Positions 8,231 to 16,865 of a stretch of 64,000 nt of DNA are shown here, in pieces. Each line of letters starts with the position of its first letter. The stretch's first letter is position 1. The position numbers were made by a program, and so were the translations under genes. The notes under the pieces are model-generated. The model had not been told where the DNA came from, did no database searches, and saw only the letters and a list, made by a program, of their open reading frames with translations. The DNA comes from Syntrophales bacterium (GTDB lineage: Bacteria > Desulfobacterota > Syntrophia > Syntrophales > JADFWA01), in contig JAUSPI010000213.1 in the NCBI GenBank assembly GCA_030655775.1, positions 263 through 64,262 on the forward strand, read 5' to 3'.

Positions 8231-8383
8231 TAATTGGGGACGGGTTCACATTCTTTTGATGTTTTTTACAATATTCGCCTATATTCATATTTGATGGTTT
8301 TATTTGGTGTATGGCGAACCTATAAAAGTCGATATTGCAAGTGCTTGATAGAAATCGCTAAAATGTGAACCCGTCCCCAATTA
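8231..8383. repeat. REPIN-like element (second GGGGAC subfamily)
   Basis: Perfect 22-bp inverted repeat TAATTGGGGACGGGTTCACATT (8231-8252) / AATGTGAACCCGTCCCCAATTA (8362-8383). Confidence 0.8.
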
Positions 8384-8397
8384 TAATACTCAATTAT

Positions 8398-8435
8398 AGG
8401 AGGAGGAGAGTCGCGAGGCTCCTCCCTATCCCGGT
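8398..8435 (+). other. Possible domain VI / 3' end remnant of a class C group II intron
   Basis: GGAG-GAGAGTC-GCGA-GGCTC-CTCC-CTATCCCG: GNRA-capped stem plus a CCCTATCCCG end, followed by TGGAC. No domain V upstream (REPIN there instead). Confidence 0.4.
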
Positions 8436-8458
8436 TGGACGCATAAGACTATTCATGA

Positions 8459-8487
8459 TTGACAAAAATAAGCAGCAGTATTATTAT
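8459..8487 (+). promoter_or_regulatory. Sigma70-type promoter of the AbrB/VapC TA operon
   Basis: TTGACA (8459-8464), 17 nt, TATTAT (8482-8487). A CAGTATTA direct repeat overlapping it may be an operator. Confidence 0.6.
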
Positions 8488-8519
8488 TACCAGTATTACA
8501 TATTACTGGAGGTGCAATC

Positions 8520-8747
8520 ATGAGAGTTACCACAAAAGGACAAGTCACAATTCCACAAGAAATTCGGGAAAAATTAGGAATAACTCCTGCTGTTGAAGTT
8601 GATTTTGTAGAAGAGAACGACCGAATTTATTTGGTGAAAAGGAAAGGCGAACCCAAAAAAACATATAAATTCAGGAAATTGAGGGGAATAGCCAACGTTA
8701 AAATGACAACTGATGAAATAATGGCTCTGACAAGGGGAGACGAATGA
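8520..8747 (+). CDS. AbrB/MazE/SpoVT-family antitoxin (VapB-like)
   Basis: MRVTTKGQVTIPQEIREKLGI swapped-hairpin signature; overlaps the toxin start (ATGA). Confidence 0.92.
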   Translation: MRVTTKGQVTIPQEIREKLGITPAVEVDFVEENDRIYLVKRKGEPKKTYKFRKLRGIANVKMTTDEIMALTRGDE

Positions 8748-9148
8748 AAGGGGTTCTCGTTGATTCGAATATTGTTTTGGATGTTTTTCTGAATGATCCG
8801 AAATGGGCTGATTGGTCTGAATCAAAACTGGACGAGTATGATCAATTGGGGATCTTGTATATCAACTCGATCGTCTATTCTGAAATCTCCATTGGTTTTG
8901 AGCGGATAGAAGATCTGGAATTTGCAATAGTCAAAGCTGGTCTCCAGATGTTGGAAATCCCCAAAGAGGCATTGTTTTTAGCCGGGAAAATTTACCTTAA
9001 ATACAAAAAAAGAAAGGGCACAAAAAGGACTCCGCTCCCGGATTTTTATATTGGAGCACAAGCCGCCGTCCAGAATTTGGATTTAATTACGAGAGATGTT
9101 TCTAGATATCAATCGTATTTTCCAACTGTTAAATTGATAACTCCATAA
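8744..9148 (+). CDS. vapC: PIN-domain toxin (VapC family)
   Basis: VLVDSNIVLD, YSEI, LPDFYIGAQA, LITRD PIN motifs. Confidence 0.92.
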   Translation: MKGVLVDSNIVLDVFLNDPKWADWSESKLDEYDQLGILYINSIVYSEISIGFERIEDLEFAIVKAGLQMLEIPKEALFLAGKIYLKYKKRKGTKRTPLPDFYIGAQAAVQNLDLITRDVSRYQSYFPTVKLITP

Positions 9149-9352
9149 GATTTAGTCTCTCAGCATCGAACCAGGCAACCACTTTGAATAAAAGCAAGAA
9201 AGGATACGGCCAGCGTTCGTTGAGGCAAGGGGGGACGTCCCCATGTCTGCCACTCCACCCGGTAGGTTACTTTATCATTAGCTGTCATAAGACTACTGTG
9301 GGAAAGAGAATATTATTGCCAAACAGTCCCTGATTATTGTATTATATGAAAT

Positions 9353-9673
9353 ATGAATGAGACATTCGAGAGAGTTCTGAGACTGATTGAACGTAAGGAA
9401 GTTGTGATATCCGACCATGGTTATGATGAGCTTGCGGAAGACAACATTTTCGTCAGGGATATCATGGCAGGAGTTCCGGACGCATTAGTTATAGAAGATT
9501 ATCCGGACTATCCGAAATGTCCATGTATATTGGTATTACTGAAAGATCGTTTTGATAACCCGATACACGTGGTTTGGGGAATTCCCAAGGGCGCTTCTTC
9601 ACCAGCCGTTTTGGTTACTGCTTACAGGCCTGATGCCGATCGGTGGACAGTAGATTTTCTGAGGAGGATATAA
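9353..9673 (+). CDS. DUF4258-family protein (putative RelE-like toxin); probably leaderless
   Basis: [12 protein letters not shown]...[16 protein letters not shown]...PIHVVWG...[13 protein letters not shown]; no clear RBS. Confidence 0.8.
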   Translation: MNETFERVLRLIERKEVVISDHGYDELAEDNIFVRDIMAGVPDALVIEDYPDYPKCPCILVLLKDRFDNPIHVVWGIPKGASSPAVLVTAYRPDADRWTVDFLRRI

Positions 9674-9888
9674 TGAAAAAAAGACGACGTACAAAGCTCG
9701 TGCACGAAGGACAATATGTTGCCGAGGTTGATGTAGAATTGATCGATATGAATAAAGGATGGTCCCCTTATTTATCTCTTGATGATGCATACAAGCTGGA
9801 TGATATTCGCAATGCATTGCGGCTGGGTGACGTTAAGAGTGCGGCGCGACTTGGTCGCATTTTCACTCTCACTCCTATCGCTGTATAG
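9673..9888 (+). CDS. Small uncharacterised partner of DUF4258 (putative antitoxin)
   Basis: TAATG stop/start overlap and RBS GAGGAGG give [23 protein letters not shown]...WSPYLSLDDAYKLDD. The track start at 9643 is likely too early. Confidence 0.75.
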   Translation: MKKRRRTKLVHEGQYVAEVDVELIDMNKGWSPYLSLDDAYKLDDIRNALRLGDVKSAARLGRIFTLTPIAV

Positions 9889-9897
9889 TGACTTACT

Positions 9898-10035
9898 GGA
9901 GAACAAGCGGATCAACTCTGACTGAAAAAGCCATGCCATTTTTAGATTTCTACTCATTTCATCGTTTATAATTACTTCTTCACTTTTAAACATCTTTTTA
10001 CTTTCTTTTTCAGCAGGTTATCCGTGTCGTTAACT
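9898..10035 (+). other. Complete attC site (138 bp)
   Basis: R''-like GGAGAAC. Left arm CGGATCAACTCTGACTGAAAAAG pairs with right arm CTTTTTCAGCAGGTTATCCG, leaving three unpaired left-arm bases (C, T, A). Ends in GTTAACT (10029-10035). Confidence 0.8.
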
Positions 10036-10055
10036 GTCTATAACGGAGTCTGAAC

Positions 10056-10712
10056 ATGATTCGCAAATCTTTTTCAGTATTTCTTATCTTTGGCTTTTTC
10101 GTGCCGTTATTGATCTTTGGCCCAATGACGTTGCATGCAGATGCAACAAACCCATCAACTTCCCTGGACAAATTAGAAAAAAGAATCGCATCATTCAAAC
10201 CTGATCCGACGTATAGGGACGACACAAAGCTGCATTGGTCACTTTGCGGGAAGCCGTGGCCGCCGCTAAAGAAGGGAACTACGGAATTGGCGCATGCCTC
10301 GTCAATGAAAAAACCGGAGAAGTTATTCAGCGAGGGCACAACCGCATATTCAGCCCGTATTTCCGAAGCGATCTACACGCGGAAATGGATACACTTACCG
10401 GCTATGAACAGAGAGTCAGTCAACGCACAAACTCCAAAAGTAGAGGGACTGGTTTTATACACTTCGCTTGAGCCCTGCCCTATGTGTCTGGCCCGAATTA
10501 TTACCGCTGGAGTGCGAAAGGTATATTATTTGGCTCCAGATCCTTACGGTGGCATGGTTCATCTTTTCAAGAATCTTCCTCCGATCTGGCAGAAAATCGC
10601 TGAGGGAAGAATATATGAGCCAGCCCTATGTTCCCCGGAGCTCAAAGACATCGCAAATAAGGTTTTCAAGTACTCATCTGAAATGTTGGATGAAAGGTTG
10701 AAAAAAGAATAA
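10056..10712 (+). pseudogene. Signal-peptide-bearing nucleoside/cytidine deaminase (TadA/GuaD-like fold) with two compensating frameshifts
   Basis: PCPMC (10473-10487) is in the 10056 frame, but the HAE zinc motif (10376-10384) and GNYGIGACLV lie in the 10235-10471 frame. Confidence 0.75.
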
Positions 10713-10714
10713 AC

Positions 10715-10908
10715 AGCTAACCCGTCACTCAACCCGACTTGCGGTACACGACGTGCGCAAAATTCAGAGCCGGCAGGTGGCAAAACCTGTAACAATTTCT
10801 GCCTGAACGCATTGGAAAAAGCGCTTTTTCACTCTAATTGTTCAAAGGGGTCCACTTCAGATCGCAAACAGCGAGGCTTTAAAAAGTCGGTGAATCCAAA
10901 CGTTAAAC
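10715..10908 (+). other. Long or chimeric attC site (194 bp)
   Basis: AGCTAAC just after the deaminase stop; CTCAACCCGACT pairs with AGTCGGTGAA; ends in GTTAAAC (10902-10908) before the next gene. Confidence 0.55.
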
Positions 10909-10935
10909 AAAAAATGCATCAATGGGAGAGAGAAA

Positions 10936-11310
10936 ATGTTGTCTGTAAAAATTGACGAAGCAAGTGGTATAGCTATACTCGAACCGGATGGAGCGTTATC
11001 AAAAACCGATTTTCAGTCGGCCGCCGCAATTATCGATCCTTTTATAGAGAAAGAGGGTCGGTTAAATGGGGTCATAATTCACACAGCCTCCTTTCCAGGC
11101 TGGGATTCGTTCGCCGCATTATTTACTCATCTCACATTTGTGAAAGACCATCACAAAAAAGTGTCCCGTGTTGCATTTGTAACGGATTCAGTGGTTGGAA
11201 ATTTTGCTGCAGCAGTCGGCGGTCACTTTATAAATGCGGAAGTCAAGGTATTTCCCTTTCAAGAGCTGGGAAAAGCTACGTTGTGGATTACAGGGGATGT
11301 CGTGGATTAA
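10936..11310 (+). CDS. STAS/SEC14 domain (SpoIIAA-like) protein
   Basis: LEPDGALSKTDF...FPGWDSFAALFTHLTFVKDHHKKVSRVAFVTD family pattern. Confidence 0.85.
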   Translation: MLSVKIDEASGIAILEPDGALSKTDFQSAAAIIDPFIEKEGRLNGVIIHTASFPGWDSFAALFTHLTFVKDHHKKVSRVAFVTDSVVGNFAAAVGGHFINAEVKVFPFQELGKATLWITGDVVD

Positions 11311-11352
11311 TTTGTCTGACAAATTACTCAAATGGATCGGAATGTCAAATAA

Positions 11353-11583
11353 GTCGCTCCGGCTGGCGCGGAAAAGGCCGGGTGTGGAAAATTCGAAAAA
11401 TTATACATGAAAAACAGACAGTCTCCTGCCGAAGCCGCAGAATATAAATCACAAATACGGAGACAAATATCCGAGTCGGGATATCAAATTATCGTAAACA
11501 TTGGAGATCAATTGAGTGATTTAGGCGGAGGATATTCAGAAAAAACATTCAAACTGCCCAATCACATTTATTTTATAAAATGA
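11353..11583 (+). pseudogene. C-terminal fragment of a HAD subfamily IIIB (class B-type) acid phosphatase
   Basis: Own translation ...EKAGCGKFEKLYMK...[47 protein letters not shown]. The GDQxSD...FKLPN motif is present; the N-terminal DxDxT part is missing. Confidence 0.8.
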
Positions 11584-12337
11584 CTTGCAGCCCCTTTTTC
11601 TGTAGATATTCCTTGACCTCCCTGATGCTGAAAATACGATAGTGAAAGACAGATGCTGCTAATAAAATCTGTGCGCCACCCTTAACAACACCCTCATAAA
11701 AATGCTCCAGTTTTCCTGCACCGCCCGAGGCGATCACCGGCAGGTCTACAGCATCTGAAATAGCTTTCGTGAATTCCAGATCATATCCGGCTTGGGTCCC
11801 ATCACCATCCATGCTGGTTGGCAGAATGGCGCCGGCGCCAAGTTCCTGACACTGTGTGGCCCAGGCCACAGCATCTTTGCCTACTGGTTTGGTGCCTCCT
11901 GAGACAACCAGCTCAAATCCGGATGGCATCTCCCTATTCCTTCTGGCATCGACAGCTACAAGTATATTTTCTGAACCGAAAGTTTTTGCGGCTTGCCTGA
12001 CAAGCTCCGGATCCTTGACAGCAGCGCTATTCATGGAAACTTTATCAGCACCGGCGTTAAAAACCATTTCAATGTCTTCCAGAGAGGAAATGCCGCCGCC
12101 CATCGTCAACGGAATGGTTATAACCGATGAAACACTTTTAACCCATTCCAGCCTGCTCTTTCGGTTTTCTAACGTTGCAGCTATATCTAAAATGGCCAGC
12201 TCATCAGCCCCTTCCTTTTCATAAAAGGCGGCATTTTCCACAGGATCACCTGCATCTTTCAAGTCTACAAAATGTATGCCCTTGACTACGCGTCCATCTT
12301 TCATGTCAAGGCAAGGCATGATTTTTATTGTACTCAT
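11573..12337 (-). CDS. hisF: Imidazole glycerol phosphate synthase cyclase subunit
   Basis: [44 protein letters not shown]. Start MSTIKI at 12337 with RBS AGGAAG. Confidence 0.95.
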   Translation of the reverse strand: MSTIKIMPCLDMKDGRVVKGIHFVDLKDAGDPVENAAFYEKEGADELAILDIAATLENRKSRLEWVKSVSSVITIPLTMGGGISSLEDIEMVFNAGADKVSMNSAAVKDPELVRQAAKTFGSENILVAVDARRNREMPSGFELVVSGGTKPVGKDAVAWATQCQELGAGAILPTSMDGDGTQAGYDLEFTKAISDAVDLPVIASGGAGKLEHFYEGVVKGGAQILLAASVFHYRIFSIREVKEYLQKKGLQVIL

Positions 12338-12442
12338 ATACTTCCTTTCTCCGACATATTGCAGCCGTATTAGTTTGTTTTCAACATGAGCGGGATAAAC
12401 CACATTTTCTGCTCGATTCAGTTTTACAGATAGAGAAAGACT

Positions 12443-13273
12443 CTATAAACCTTCCACCGCTGTCAGCAGGACGCGGCGATTAAGGGCACGGCCTTCCTCA
12501 GTATCGTTCGGGGCGACAGGGTTACTTCTGCCGTAGGCCTTCAGAATGAACCGTTGAGGGGCTATTTCATGCACTTCTATAAGATAGTTCATTGTCGCTT
12601 TTGCCCTTTTCAGTGAAAGATCGTCATTGTATTCTTCTGAACCCATGATGTCGGCATGACCTGCCACGATGATTGACACTTTTGGGAGATTTCTTTTCAA
12701 TACCGTACCGATTTCATCGAGGAGGGCATAGTAAGAAGGCTTAATATCAGCAAGATTGAAGTCAAAGTAAACAATGGGTGCTTTTTTTGAAGAGAGATAA
12801 TCAGCCAGATTGATATCTTTGATTCCCTTTTCTTTTTCTTCTTTTTTCAGCAGGCCCAGCCATTCCAGGGCGCCTTTGTGCCCGAGACGGGCGGCCATTT
12901 CCATATCGTTTCTTCCCTGTTCATTATAGAGCATGTAGAAATTGACAAGAGCGCGTTCATAGTAAGCATCGGCGTTTTTAGGGTCGATTTCTATGGCAGT
13001 GGTAAAATCGTCGCGGGTTTCTATGCAGTCGATTGGTTTGAGAGCGAAACGAGCTTTCCCCCTTTTGATGTAAGCATCGACATATTTTGGGTCGAGTTCA
13101 ATGGCACTCGTGTACGCTTTAATTGCCTCTCTGTAATTTTCCTGTTCTTCACATTTGATTCCCTGTACAAACCGCTCCTTTGCTGTTTCTACTGATCCCG
13201 TTTTTACTGAAACACATCCCCAGGTTACAACAAAAGCAAAAATGAGAACAAAGCAGAAAAGTGTCTTTTTCAT
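12443..13273 (-). CDS. TPR-repeat plus OmpA C-terminal domain lipoprotein
   Basis: Lipobox-like VTWGC; TPR repeats; IVYFDFNLADI, GHADIMGSEEYNDDLSLKRA, GRALNRRV. Confidence 0.88.
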   Translation of the reverse strand: MKKTLFCFVLIFAFVVTWGCVSVKTGSVETAKERFVQGIKCEEQENYREAIKAYTSAIELDPKYVDAYIKRGKARFALKPIDCIETRDDFTTAIEIDPKNADAYYERALVNFYMLYNEQGRNDMEMAARLGHKGALEWLGLLKKEEKEKGIKDINLADYLSSKKAPIVYFDFNLADIKPSYYALLDEIGTVLKRNLPKVSIIVAGHADIMGSEEYNDDLSLKRAKATMNYLIEVHEIAPQRFILKAYGRSNPVAPNDTEEGRALNRRVLLTAVEGL

Positions 13274-13361
13274 TGTTCACCTCGATGATTATGAAAATGC
13301 ATGGCGCTCGCATTCCCCAAAGTTTACTGACAAAAAAGAAAGGGAACAGATTTATTACCCT

Positions 13362-14402
13362 TTATGCTTCTTGCTGTTCCTTTTGGCTTTCTTCTGTATC
13401 TTTTCTTTTCAAGCCGGCCTTTTCACGAACCTCTTCTTCTACCTGTTTCGTGATGTCAGGATTTTCCTTGAGGAACACCTTGGCGTTCTCCCTTCCCTGG
13501 GCCAGTCTTTCACCCTTATAGGAATACCAGGCACCACTCTTTTCGATGATTCCATTATCTGCGGCAAGGTCAAGAATGTCCCCTTCTTTTGAAATGCCTT
13601 CCCCGAAGATGATGTCGAACTCGGTTTGCCTGAAGGGAGGAGCAACCTTGTTTTTTACCACTTTAACCCGCGTCCTGTTTCCTGTAACCTTCTCTCCCTG
13701 TTTAATGGCGCCTATTTTTCTTATGTCCAGACGCATCGTCGAGTAAAATTTGAGGGCATTACCGCCCGAAGTGGTTTCCGGGTTGCCGAAGAAGACCCCT
13801 ATCTTCATCCGTATCTGGTTGATAAAGATGACGGTTGTCTTAGATTTGCCGATACTTCCAGTGAGTTTTCGAAGGGCCTGTGACATGAGTCTTGCCTGGA
13901 GTCCCATCTGCGCATCACCCATCTCTCCTTCAAGTTCCGCCCTGGGTACAAGGGCTGCCACGGAATCTATGACCATGACATCCAATGCTCCGCTTCTCAC
14001 CAGTGTTTCGGCAATCTCCAGTGCCTGTTCACCTGTATCGGGTTGTGAGATGAGAAGGTCGTCGGTATTGACACCAATCTTTCTGGCGTATAGTACGTCA
14101 AGAGCATGTTCCGCGTCTATGAAGGCAGCCAGACCATTTTGCTTTTGTGCCTCGGCCACTATGTGAAGGGCAAGGGTTGTTTTACCACCGGCTTCGGGAC
14201 CATATATCTCGATGACTCTTCCCCGTGGAACACCACCCACACCTAGGGCGATATCGAGGCTTAGTGCGCCTGTGGGAATGCTTGGAATATCTGAAATGAC
14301 TTCATCCCCCCCCAGTCTCATGATTGAACCCTTTCCGAACTGCCGTTCTATCTGGGTTATAGCCAGTTCAACCGCTTTTTCTCTGTCTGTATCTAATTTC
14401 AT
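13362..14402 (-). CDS. recA: Recombinase RecA
   Basis: [31 protein letters not shown]; RBS GGAGGT before the ATG at 14402. Confidence 0.99.
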   Translation of the reverse strand: MKLDTDREKAVELAITQIERQFGKGSIMRLGGDEVISDIPSIPTGALSLDIALGVGGVPRGRVIEIYGPEAGGKTTLALHIVAEAQKQNGLAAFIDAEHALDVLYARKIGVNTDDLLISQPDTGEQALEIAETLVRSGALDVMVIDSVAALVPRAELEGEMGDAQMGLQARLMSQALRKLTGSIGKSKTTVIFINQIRMKIGVFFGNPETTSGGNALKFYSTMRLDIRKIGAIKQGEKVTGNRTRVKVVKNKVAPPFRQTEFDIIFGEGISKEGDILDLAADNGIIEKSGAWYSYKGERLAQGRENAKVFLKENPDITKQVEEEVREKAGLKRKDTEESQKEQQEA

Positions 14403-14417
14403 GGTTACCTCCATTTA

Positions 14418-14527
14418 TGACCGGGAGCGCACCCCGCAAGCCCCGCCTTGTAGGCGGGGTCAAGGGGCGCAATATAATTAAATTATTTCTTACCGGGAAG
14501 CCCCGCCCTGTGGGCGGGGAGCTTCAC
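14418..14527 (+). mobile_element. IS200/IS605-type non-autonomous mini-element (two hairpins)
   Basis: TGACC start; hairpins CCCCGCC-TTGT-AGGCGGGG (14441-14459) and CCCCGCCC-TGT-GGGCGGGG (14501-14519); TTCAC end. Homologous to 56147-56195. Confidence 0.65.
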
Positions 14528-14569
14528 TTTTTACGATACCGTCATTAAATAACATTTCTGTTTATATCA

Positions 14570-15148
14570 TTACCCGTCAAAAGGAAAATAGGCAAGCTTT
14601 GTATATATGGCACCTTGAGATGTCAGGTCGCTTTTTAAAAGAGTAAGGCCGCCGGCATCAAAACTTCCCGCATCGTAAATTTCCTCATTTTTAATGATTT
14701 CTGAAAGTCCTTTTACGTTTTTTGGCGATTTTACTCTTCCCAGAGTTAGATGGGCTTTGAATGCCCTGTTTTCCCTTTGAAAACCTATCGATTCAAGGTC
14801 TCTTTCAATCTCCCTCTGGAGATCTGATAATCTCTCTACCGACCCGCCAATTCCAAGCCACAAGACTCTTGGGCGTTTAAGATTCGGAAATGTTCCGAGT
14901 GTTGAAACATTTAGCGTCAATGGTCTGACGTTCACTGTATTCTTCTCAACAACACTGGAGATATTGGAAATCTGATTTTCGGAGATGTTGCCAAAGAACT
15001 TCAGTGTCAGATGTATCCCTTCCGGTCTTGTCCACCTGATTCCCTTTACAGCGGCCTTCAGCCGGTTTTGGACATTTTCTATCTGGACTTTTATCTCTTC
15101 AGGAATATCTATTGCCAGAAAGGTTCTTATCAGTTTTTTGTCAGTCAT
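14570..15148 (-). CDS. thpR: RNA 2',3'-cyclic phosphodiesterase (2H phosphoesterase)
   Basis: RTFLAI, two HxT motifs (IHLTLKFFG, AHLTLGR), PRVLWLG. Confidence 0.93.
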   Translation of the reverse strand: MTDKKLIRTFLAIDIPEEIKVQIENVQNRLKAAVKGIRWTRPEGIHLTLKFFGNISENQISNISSVVEKNTVNVRPLTLNVSTLGTFPNLKRPRVLWLGIGGSVERLSDLQREIERDLESIGFQRENRAFKAHLTLGRVKSPKNVKGLSEIIKNEEIYDAGSFDAGGLTLLKSDLTSQGAIYTKLAYFPFDG

Positions 15149-16397
15149 TCAAACTATTCCCGATCAGGAATCTCCGGAGTATCTCCAAAGCCCACTGCGA
15201 CGACATTTTTTTTACCCTTTTTCGGTTTCCACCGAACAGAAAATTGCGGCATATCGTATTTTCCCCGTCGGTCAGAGCGATAAAAACAGTGCCAACAGGT
15301 TTTTGTGTTGTCCCTCCTGTCGGGCCTGCTATACCGGTTGTAGCCAAACCGAGATCGGTTCTGCCAAGATTTCTAACGCCTTCAGCCATGAGAACAGCCG
15401 CCTCTTCACTTACGGCTCCAAAATTGTTTAAAATTTCGGCTGGAACACCGAGGAGATCTGTCTTGGAGTCATTACTGTAAACAACTACTCCTCTGTCAAA
15501 AAATACTGAACTTCCCGGTATATTTGTCAGGCGATCTGTAATCAGTCCCCCGGTACATGACTCGGCTACCGAGAGAGTCAAAGCCCTGTTTGTTAAAAGA
15601 GATGCAACAATTCCCTCCAGTGTGTCATTATCATACCCGAAGATGTATTTCTGTAATTTTCCCTGAATCCGCCCTTCTGCCATCTTAAGATTTTCTTCTG
15701 CAGCGGATTCCGCGAGATTTTTTGATGTGATTACAATATGGTTTTCTGGAAAGTTGGGATAAAATCCTATGCTTACTCCAGTGATTTTCAGATCAACATC
15801 GGATAGCATTTGATCAATTCCCGCTTCTGTGACGCCAAGCAGCTTAATGGTTCTGCTTGCCATATATTGTTTGGCCTTTCCGGAATTTCTTTTGAGGAGT
15901 GGTATGACTCCTGCGGATAACATCTTTTTAGCTTCTGATGGAACACCGGGGATAACGGCTACAATTTTCCCATTCTTTTTCAGGGAGAATCCACAGGCCG
16001 TTCCGGCCGGATTTGGCATTATCTCGGCTCCTTCGGGAAACATGGCCTGTTTGATATTGTTAGGGATCCATTTGGTACGGTATTTTTTAAACCTTTCCTT
16101 CATTTGATTCAGAACCGCTTCATCGGTATATAGATTAAGACCGAATGCCTTTGCGATTGATGCGGTGGTGATATCGTCGGAGGTCGGGCCGAGTCCGCCC
16201 GTGACGATAACGGCATCGGAGAGAGCCATGAGGTAGTCAAGTCCTTTTCCGATTATATCCTGATCATCACCGGAAACTATTATTGTAGATACGCTCCAGC
16301 CTTCGGCATTCAGCTCACGCGATATGAAAGAGGAATTTGTATCCTGTGTCGAACCGCCGGTCAATTCATTTCCTATTGCCAATATTCCGATTCTCAT
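15141..16397 (-). CDS. cinA: Competence/damage-inducible protein CinA (MoCF-binding plus PncC domain)
   Basis: IGNELTGG...DTNS, VTGGLGPTSDDIT, SVAESCTGG, TTGIAGPTGG. Confidence 0.95.
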   Translation of the reverse strand: MRIGILAIGNELTGGSTQDTNSSFISRELNAEGWSVSTIIVSGDDQDIIGKGLDYLMALSDAVIVTGGLGPTSDDITTASIAKAFGLNLYTDEAVLNQMKERFKKYRTKWIPNNIKQAMFPEGAEIMPNPAGTACGFSLKKNGKIVAVIPGVPSEAKKMLSAGVIPLLKRNSGKAKQYMASRTIKLLGVTEAGIDQMLSDVDLKITGVSIGFYPNFPENHIVITSKNLAESAAEENLKMAEGRIQGKLQKYIFGYDNDTLEGIVASLLTNRALTLSVAESCTGGLITDRLTNIPGSSVFFDRGVVVYSNDSKTDLLGVPAEILNNFGAVSEEAAVLMAEGVRNLGRTDLGLATTGIAGPTGGTTQKPVGTVFIALTDGENTICRNFLFGGNRKRVKKMSSQWALEILRRFLIGNSLND

Positions 16398-16406
16398 TCG
16401 AGGTGT

Positions 16407-16865
16407 TTACACTCCCAGATATTTAATTAATAACAGTAAGGATATGTTTGCATAAATGCCTGCCATAACATCGTCCCCGACAACCCCATACCCTCCTGAA
16501 AACTTCCTTTCGCAAAGCCTGACGGGGAAGGGTTTTATAATATCAAAAAACCTGAAGAGGAGAAACCCGATGAATATGTGTGAGATGGTTGGTGTGACCA
16601 GAAACATGGCGAATTGAAAGCCGGCAATTTCATCAATCACGATACATGGAGCGTCCTTTTTATTGAATATCTTTTCTGCTTCTTGAGACACATACACTGC
16701 CAGCGAGGAAAGCGCCAATATAGATATCAGGTAAAGGGGCCAGGAAAAATGTGAGAAGACAAGATATACCGGCACCCCTATAACTGTTCCAGCAGTTCCC
16801 GGGGCAAAAGGGGCAAAACCGCTGCCAAAACCTGTTGCGACAATTTTTATAATTCTTTTCTCCAG
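16407..16865 (-). CDS. pgpA: Phosphatidylglycerophosphatase A (probable CTG start)
   Basis: ATGFGSGFAPFAPGTAGT upstream of the track start, DAPCIVIDEIAG, FRFFDIIKPFP, GVVGDDVMAG. The only plausible in-frame start is CTG at 16865, after GAGGTG. Confidence 0.88.
   Translation of the reverse strand: MEKRIIKIVATGFGSGFAPFAPGTAGTVIGVPVYLVFSHFSWPLYLISILALSSLAVYVSQEAEKIFNKKDAPCIVIDEIAGFQFAMFLVTPTISHIFIGFLLFRFFDIIKPFPVRLCERKFSGGYGVVGDDVMAGIYANISLLLLIKYLGV

Noticed and set aside
1-11600. Integron integrase or attI site
   Set aside because: No tyrosine-recombinase ORF or motif found in any frame of the island within this window.
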